DNA from: a virus
DNA: 64,000 nucleotides
Virus record (IMG/VR): IMGVR_UViG_3300032268_000694
Span: 55,276-119,275 of that record
Direction: 5' to 3' (one strand)
Positions 58,929 to 64,000 of the stretch are shown here, one piece after another. How positions within the stretch are numbered: position 1 is the stretch's first letter; each line of letters opens with the position of its first letter. The position numbers and the translations under genes were made by a program. The notes under the pieces are model-generated. The model did not search any database. It was given only the letters and a program-made list of their open reading frames with translations, and had not been told where the DNA came from.

Positions 58929-59703
58929 TCATGAGCTGCCTTTAGGCTTAATGCACAACGCCTACCAATGGAATGATTATGATTATTGCTTGCCACACTT
59001 AATCGATCAGTATGATCAATATAGAATATTCTTCCAAAAATCACGTTTAGATAAACGTTTCATTATCATGGATAATGGTCTTTTTGAAAATGTAGTCCAT
59101 ACAACTGAAGACTTATTAGAAAAAATCAATCTAGTTCGCCCTAACATATTCATTGTACCGGATGCCTGGAATGATGCTGTAACAACACTTCGTAATGCTA
59201 AGAGTTGGATGATCAACTATAAACAACACATTCCTAAAGATGTTAAATTAATGGCGGTATGTCAAGGTAAAGATATGGGTGAATTAATTACAACATACCA
59301 AACATTAGTTGATTTAGGTTATACCCATATCGCATTTAATCACTCTAGTATTGCATACCAGAACGAATATGAAGGAATGGATCATTTGAAAGCATCAATG
59401 TATGGTAGAATGGAACTAATTAGACGCCTAGTACAATCAGGTACTATTAGAAAAACATTATATCATCATTTATTAGGTTGTTCATTACCACAAGAATTCA
59501 TGTCGTATAGTGATTGGAAGTTCATTAAATCGGTAGATACGTCTAATCCAATTTTAGTTGGAGCTGAAGGACAAAGATATAATGATAGTGGCTTAACATG
59601 GAAACCAAAAGAAAAACTTGAACATTATTTTGAGAAAGATTTAAGCGGGCAGAAAGAAGATATTATATTTAATGTACACAAATTTAAATCATTTATTAAA
59701 TAA
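58918..59703 (+). CDS. dpdA: TGT-fold transglycosylase-like protein, probable DNA 7-deazaguanine insertase (DpdA-like)
   Basis: IMDNGLFE, VPD, AVCQG, HHLLG and SVDTS motifs of TGT/DpdA TIM barrels; lies between queD and queC. Confidence 0.6.
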   Translation: MKISHELPLGLMHNAYQWNDYDYCLPHLIDQYDQYRIFFQKSRLDKRFIIMDNGLFENVVHTTEDLLEKINLVRPNIFIVPDAWNDAVTTLRNAKSWMINYKQHIPKDVKLMAVCQGKDMGELITTYQTLVDLGYTHIAFNHSSIAYQNEYEGMDHLKASMYGRMELIRRLVQSGTIRKTLYHHLLGCSLPQEFMSYSDWKFIKSVDTSNPILVGAEGQRYNDSGLTWKPKEKLEHYFEKDLSGQKEDIIFNVHKFKSFIK

Positions 59704-59709
59704 AAAGTT

Positions 59710-59907
59710 ATGACAGAATTTATTTCACTTTACGATTATTTAGGTAGAGCAGCAGGTAAGGAATTAGGTAAGCAGGTAGCAGAAGTTGCATTATTATCTA
59801 GAGTACCATGCAAAACAAGACAAGTATCAAACCCAAAATATGCTGGTCCTATTATGTTGTATCCAAAAACATTTTTAGAGTTATATTTTGCAGTACACAC
59901 CGCTTAA
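59710..59907 (+). CDS. Small hypothetical protein
   Basis: SLYDYLG.AAG..LG..V...Y.G....YP..FL. Confidence 0.6.
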   Translation: MTEFISLYDYLGRAAGKELGKQVAEVALLSRVPCKTRQVSNPKYAGPIMLYPKTFLELYFAVHTA

Positions 59908-59959
59908 ACGGGAGTAAGCGTTTAATAAGTAAATACAATCCTAAAATAAATCATTTTAA

Positions 59960-60835
59960 ATGAAACAAGCAGTTTTATCATTATCAGGTGGTATGGACAG
60001 TAGTTCATTATTGTTACACCTATTAGCTAATGGCTATGAAGTAACAGCATTGGGTTTTGACTATGGTCAAAAACACAAAGTAGAATTAGAGCGTGCTACA
60101 TCATTAGTACAGTACGTTAACGAACAAAATTGTGGATGTGGTGGTAAACCTATCTACGGGAATGTAACTTTCCAAATTATTAAATTAGATGGTTTATCTC
60201 AATTACTAAATTCATCATTAGTAACAGGTGGTTCTGATGTACCAGAAGGGCATTATGAACAGGACAACATGAAAGAAACAGTTGTACCTAACAGAAACAA
60301 AATATTCAGTTCATTGATTCAAGCAGTAGCACTTTCACTTGCAACTAAAGATTTAGGTGATGGTCAATTGGAAAAAAGAGATGTAGCGATTGCAATGGGA
60401 GTACATGCTGGGGATTTTGCAGTTTATCCTGATTGTAGAGAAGAATTTCGTGTAGCTGATTTTGAAGCATTTAAGATTGGTAATTGGGATTCTGAATTAG
60501 TTAGTTTTTACACTCCATATATGGAAGTAACTAAATTTGAAATTTTACAAGATGGTTTAAAATCATGTGAAATATTAGGTTTAGACTTCGATGAAGTATA
60601 TAAACGTACAAATACATCTTACAAACCAATGTTACATACAGTACGAATAGATGATGAAACTAGTTATGAAGGTTGGTTTAGTGATTATAAATCAGCCGCT
60701 TCAGTTGAACGTATAGAAGCCTTTTTGAAACTAGGCAGACCTGATCCAGTAGCTTATGCAAATGAAGATGGTCCTACAACTTGGGAAGTAGCAGCAGAAC
60801 ACGTTAAAGGCGTTTTAGCAGCTCATGGTAAATAA
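59960..60835 (+). CDS. queC: 7-cyano-7-deazaguanine synthase
   Basis: SLSGGMDSS PP-loop, FDYGQKH..E, TVVPNRN and HAGD..VYPDCR.EF. Confidence 0.92.
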   Translation: MKQAVLSLSGGMDSSSLLLHLLANGYEVTALGFDYGQKHKVELERATSLVQYVNEQNCGCGGKPIYGNVTFQIIKLDGLSQLLNSSLVTGGSDVPEGHYEQDNMKETVVPNRNKIFSSLIQAVALSLATKDLGDGQLEKRDVAIAMGVHAGDFAVYPDCREEFRVADFEAFKIGNWDSELVSFYTPYMEVTKFEILQDGLKSCEILGLDFDEVYKRTNTSYKPMLHTVRIDDETSYEGWFSDYKSAASVERIEAFLKLGRPDPVAYANEDGPTTWEVAAEHVKGVLAAHGK

Positions 60836-60869
60836 TTAATGTCTTTGGGGTATTCACATATTTATTGGT

Positions 60870-61292
60870 ATGAATACCCTAAAACATTGTATCGATTGTA
60901 AATCGAATAAAAACTTAAATGATTTTCCGTTTGATAAAAGCCGAAATAGATATTTAAGCGTTTGTAAAAAATGTACTGCTGTTAGAACAGAAACCTATAG
61001 GCAGAACAATAAAGACAAATGGAGACAAAACACAAAAAACCACTCAGAAAAACGTAAAAACGTTGTTGATGAATGGAAATCTCAGGGATGTGCTAAATGT
61101 GGGGATAAAAGACATTATGTTATTGATGCTCACCATTTAGATCCTACTAAAAAAGAGTTTAGTATAGGAACATCAATGAGAGGAATAAACATAACACAAA
61201 CAGAACTAGAAAAATGCATTCCGCTATGTTCTAATTGTCATCGTGAGTTCCATTACTTAGATACTACAATAGAAGTTTATTTGGCAAAGTAA
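60870..61292 (+). CDS. HNH homing endonuclease
   Basis: N-terminal CxxC...CxxC; C..CG......HH.DP..K...E..KC..LCSNCHR..H. Confidence 0.85.
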   Translation: MNTLKHCIDCKSNKNLNDFPFDKSRNRYLSVCKKCTAVRTETYRQNNKDKWRQNTKNHSEKRKNVVDEWKSQGCAKCGDKRHYVIDAHHLDPTKKEFSIGTSMRGINITQTELEKCIPLCSNCHREFHYLDTTIEVYLAK

Positions 61293-61335
61293 AGGTAGTA
61301 TCTTAAATTATTGTAAACAAAAATCAAATATAGTT

Positions 61336-61572
61336 ATGAGTTATCAAACTAAAGTACGTGCGAACTACTTAAACCGCACAGCAAAATTGTCATTCTTTAC
61401 TCACCGTCAAAAGCAAGGTGATTTAACAAGATTATCAGAAGAAACTGATTACTCTGTTAGCCACTTGTCAAACATTACAAACGGTAGACGTAGAGTAAAT
61501 GATACAATTGCTAACGCAATGTACATGTTAACACGTCGTCGTGTAAAAAACACTGAATTCGCTCAAGCGTAA
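61336..61572 (+). CDS. Small basic helix-turn-helix DNA-binding protein
   Basis: LTRLSEETDYSVSHLSNITNGRR resembles an XRE-type HTH. Confidence 0.65.
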   Translation: MSYQTKVRANYLNRTAKLSFFTHRQKQGDLTRLSEETDYSVSHLSNITNGRRRVNDTIANAMYMLTRRRVKNTEFAQA

Positions 61573-61581
61573 TTCATTCCC

Positions 61582-61614
61582 AACATCCACCCCTAAAAAG
61601 GTGGATGTTTTTTT
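61582..61614 (+). terminator. Rho-independent terminator
   Basis: AACATCCACC-loop-GGTGGATGTT followed by a T run. Confidence 0.85.
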
Positions 61615-61625
61615 AATTTATTATT

Positions 61626-61760
61626 ATGCATGAAATATTACATATATTAGAACATACTTTAGGATTATGTGGTGAAAGACATATTAGTATTGTTGCCATA
61701 ATCTCTGAGTGGCACAATTTTAGTCCTATATTTAATTATATAAAAACAATATTCAAATGA
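61626..61760 (+). CDS. Small hypothetical protein (44 aa)
   Basis: MHEILHILEHTLGLCGERH...IFK*; ATGA overlap with queE. Confidence 0.55.
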   Translation: MHEILHILEHTLGLCGERHISIVAIISEWHNFSPIFNYIKTIFK

Positions 61761-62596
61761 GTAAAATAGATCCAAATAAACTACTTATTAGTAGTGACTT
61801 TTACACAGTACAAGGCGAAGGTATATCATCTGGTATTCCATCGTACTTCGTTCGTTTAGGTATTTGCAACCTAACTTGCGGTATGTCTCGTGCATTTACA
61901 AATATGTTAGCTAAAGAAGCTAAATTAGAAGACGGAGAAATATTCGAAGGTGATTTACACAAGGAAGGTAAAGCTACCTGGACTTGTGATAGTACATCTC
62001 AGTGGTTATGGAGAGGTGAAGATAAAGAATTCGATTATCTAATTAATCGTTGGAAAGAAGAAGGCGTATACGACTACATTAAAGACGGTTCTGTTCATAT
62101 TATTTGGACTGGTGGTGAACCAACAATTAAAGGACACCAAGAATCAATCGTTAACTTTACTAATTATTGGTTAGCTAGATACCTTGATAAAAACGATGTT
62201 ACTCCATTCTATGAAATAGAAACTAATGGTACAATTGTAATTGAAGAACCATTATTCGTAATGTTGGATCAAATTAACTGCTCACCTAAGCTATCTAATT
62301 CGGGTATGACTGAGAAACAACGTATTGTTCCTGCTGCTATTGAACGTATTAAACAACATAAAAACTATCAGTTTAAGTTTGTTATCAGCACCGAAGATGA
62401 TGTATTGGAATTATTCCGTGACTTCGTAGTACCATTTAATATACCGCTTAAAAACGTTGTTTGTATGCCGGGTTTAGATGATGCTGCTGATTTTGAAGAG
62501 CGTACTAGATTCTGTCTTGAAATGGCTAAGAAGTATCGTTTCCGTGGTTTAACTAGATTGCATATTGCCGCTTGGAATAAAACATTAAACGTATAA
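61757..62596 (+). CDS. queE: 7-carboxy-7-deazaguanine synthase (radical SAM)
   Basis: FYTVQGEG..G.P..FVRL..CNL.C...CDS, TGGEP, EIETNGT, SPKL, FKFV and RLH. Confidence 0.9.
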   Translation: MSKIDPNKLLISSDFYTVQGEGISSGIPSYFVRLGICNLTCGMSRAFTNMLAKEAKLEDGEIFEGDLHKEGKATWTCDSTSQWLWRGEDKEFDYLINRWKEEGVYDYIKDGSVHIIWTGGEPTIKGHQESIVNFTNYWLARYLDKNDVTPFYEIETNGTIVIEEPLFVMLDQINCSPKLSNSGMTEKQRIVPAAIERIKQHKNYQFKFVISTEDDVLELFRDFVVPFNIPLKNVVCMPGLDDAADFEERTRFCLEMAKKYRFRGLTRLHIAAWNKTLNV

Positions 62597-62783
62597 TATG
62601 AAAAACTACTACGAATACTGGTATAAACGATTCATTAAAGATGGATTAAAAGCCTGTAAAATGATTATAGGATTAGGATTAGCATTTGGATTAGGATATT
62701 CAGTTAGCTTACCAATTGGTATCTTATTCTTTTTATGGGTATTAGTAGAAACATTAATTGATAAAAATTAAACGTATAATATG
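62584..62783 (+). repeat. 17-bp direct repeat ATTAAACGTATAATATG flanking a small ORF
   Basis: Identical copies at 62584-62600 and 62767-62783. Confidence 0.85.
62598..62771 (+). CDS. Small membrane protein (57 aa)
   Basis: MKNYYEYWYKRFIKDG...IGILFFLWVLVETLIDKN*; two hydrophobic segments. Confidence 0.6.
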   Translation: MKNYYEYWYKRFIKDGLKACKMIIGLGLAFGLGYSVSLPIGILFFLWVLVETLIDKN

Positions 62784-62876
62784 GAAGAATTAATTATTTG
62801 TGGCTATGTCATTATAGCTATACTATCAGCATTCGGTGCTGTAAACATGATTAGACAAATTAATAAACTAAAATAA
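62781..62876 (+). CDS. Small membrane peptide (31 aa)
   Basis: MEELIICGYVIIAILSAFGAVNMIRQINKLK*. Confidence 0.5.
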   Translation: MEELIICGYVIIAILSAFGAVNMIRQINKLK

Positions 62877-62877
62877 T

Positions 62878-63111
62878 ATGGAAAAAGATCATTGTGTATT
62901 ATGTGGTGTAGAAACCATCTACGATAAATCAACTCATATTGATATGAGATTAGGTTATATTGATGGTGCTGGACAATTATGCCCTAAATGCTTTAATACA
63001 GGAGCAAATCATAATATCTTTCTAGTACCAGAATGGTTGGTTGAAAATTATCCTAATAATCAAGAGTTGGGAAGCAAAGTAAGAGAATTATATTGGGAAA
63101 ATAAAAAATAA
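62878..63111 (+). CDS. Small Zn-ribbon protein
   Basis: CVLCG...HID.R..YI.GAGQLC..C. Confidence 0.65.
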   Translation: MEKDHCVLCGVETIYDKSTHIDMRLGYIDGAGQLCPKCFNTGANHNIFLVPEWLVENYPNNQELGSKVRELYWENKK

Positions 63112-63115
63112 ATAA

Positions 63116-63748
63116 ATGGAATTATTAAAAAAATCAAATGGTAATTTAGCTCGCACACCAGAAGAGATTGAGCAAATGATTAATAATGCATCTGAGGCAT
63201 ATGCTCAGTTCCTTACAGCAGTTGGGTTTGATTACAAAGCAGATAGACAAACAGTCGACACTCCTAAAAGAGTAGCGAAGGCATGGCTTAAAGATCTTAT
63301 TGTAGGATCAATCAGTAATGAACCAAATATGACTGTATTCCCTAACGATGAAGGATATGATGGGTTAGTAATTCAATCAGGCATTCCTATTGTTAGTATG
63401 TGTGCTCACCATAACTTAGCATTTACAGGTTATGCTACTGTAGCATATGTTCCTGCTGAAAACGTTATCGGTTTAAGTAAATTAAATCGTATTGTTGAAT
63501 GGTTTAGTCGCAGACCACAAATGCAAGAATCATTAACAACACAAATTCATGATTACATTGCTGATAAAATGATATGTGATTCAGTAGCAGTTAGTATTGC
63601 TTGTAAACATACATGTTGCTCACATAGAGGTATTAAACATGGCTCTGTAATGACCACAAATAAATTCAGTGGTGTGTTTATGGAAAAAGATAATTTAATT
63701 CGTGAAGAATTCTTACACGCGATTGAAGTAAATGGAACAAAATTTTAA
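63116..63748 (+). CDS. folE: GTP cyclohydrolase I
   Basis: DTPKRVAK, SMCAHH, GLSKLNR.V....RRPQMQE.LT, H.C...RG and REEF. Confidence 0.93.
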   Translation: MELLKKSNGNLARTPEEIEQMINNASEAYAQFLTAVGFDYKADRQTVDTPKRVAKAWLKDLIVGSISNEPNMTVFPNDEGYDGLVIQSGIPIVSMCAHHNLAFTGYATVAYVPAENVIGLSKLNRIVEWFSRRPQMQESLTTQIHDYIADKMICDSVAVSIACKHTCCSHRGIKHGSVMTTNKFSGVFMEKDNLIREEFLHAIEVNGTKF

Positions 63749-63750
63749 TT

Positions 63751-63912
63751 ATGCAACCTAAAGAATCAAACTCAAATTGGCATTTTCAAATTAGTTTAGC
63801 TAAATCATGTCTTAGGATAGTAGCAGGTATTACCTTAATTAGAGGTGAATTATTATTTGCTGGTGTGTTATTCATATTAGCTGAAGTATTAGGAATTGCT
63901 GAAGAAATGTAA
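63751..63912 (+). CDS. Small membrane protein (53 aa)
   Basis: HFQISLAKS.LRI.A......AG.LF..AE.LGI.EE. Confidence 0.6.
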   Translation: MQPKESNSNWHFQISLAKSCLRIVAGITLIRGELLFAGVLFILAEVLGIAEEM

Positions 63913-63923
63913 TATTTATATAT

Positions 63924-64000
63924 ATGGCATATTCAGATAAAGTGTTGGATCACTACTCAAATCCAAAAAACGTAGGTACTTTAGATAAATCTAAAACAAA
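63924..64000 (+). CDS. iscU: Fe-S cluster scaffold IscU, N-terminus (truncated by the window edge)
   Basis: MAYSDKVLDHYSNPKNVG matches the IscU N-terminal signature (MAYS.KV.DHY.NP.NVG). Confidence 0.8.
   Translation, partial: MAYSDKVLDHYSNPKNVGTLDKSKT

Noticed and set aside
277-59216. Numerous short antisense or alternate-frame ORFs in the track (e.g. 277-483, 2047-2316, 3381-3647, 7685-7897, 14086-14304, 31105-31473, 41521-42075, 54779-55261, 59016-59216)
   Set aside because: They lie inside well-supported genes, lack motifs and look like shadow ORFs.
58187-63748. Host-type tRNA queuosine pathway
   Set aside because: No queF, queA or queG and no canonical tgt with its Zn motif; the phage context favours DNA modification.
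1-64000. Stop-codon reassignment, tRNA/rRNA genes, integrase or IS elements
   Set aside because: Long genes are intact under the standard code with TAA, TAG and TGA all used as stops. No tRNA, rRNA, integrase or transposase signature was recognised by eye.

Overview
This window is an AT-rich, gene-dense, almost entirely + strand segment of a large T4-like (contractile-tailed) bacteriophage. TTTG-N19/20-TAnnTTnn promoters and A-rich leaders without Shine-Dalgarno sites point to a Bacteroidota host (inference). Gene order: neck and tail-terminator genes (1-2.5 kb); a cluster of Ser/Thr-rich tail fibres (2.8-11.1 kb); a ~24 kb glycan synthesis and decoration locus (11.1-35.4 kb); sheath, tube, chaperone, tape measure and baseplate genes (36-49 kb); replication genes (short PolA, SSB, RecA, 5'-3' exonuclease, DnaB, thioredoxin, class II RNR); and a 7-deazaguanine DNA-modification cluster (queD, dpdA-like, queC, queE, folE) followed by the start of iscU. 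The glycan locus holds GT7-LamG hybrids, other GTs, five SGNH proteins, a radical SAM enzyme, an inverted nucleotide-sugar/TPP cassette, a carbamoyltransferase, a mini PAPS pathway and a sulfotransferase. Top candidate novelties: (i) a protein with a permuted ATP-grasp-like domain, a Hint domain, an 8-Cys peptide and an S74 chaperone that looks able to self-excise a small peptide; (ii) the glycosylation locus, including LamG domains inserted into GT7 folds and a probable branched-sugar pathway; (iii) a structured leader upstream of a fibre gene; (iv) a probable +1/-2 frameshift before the tape measure gene. All family assignments come from motif recognition by eye, not database searches.
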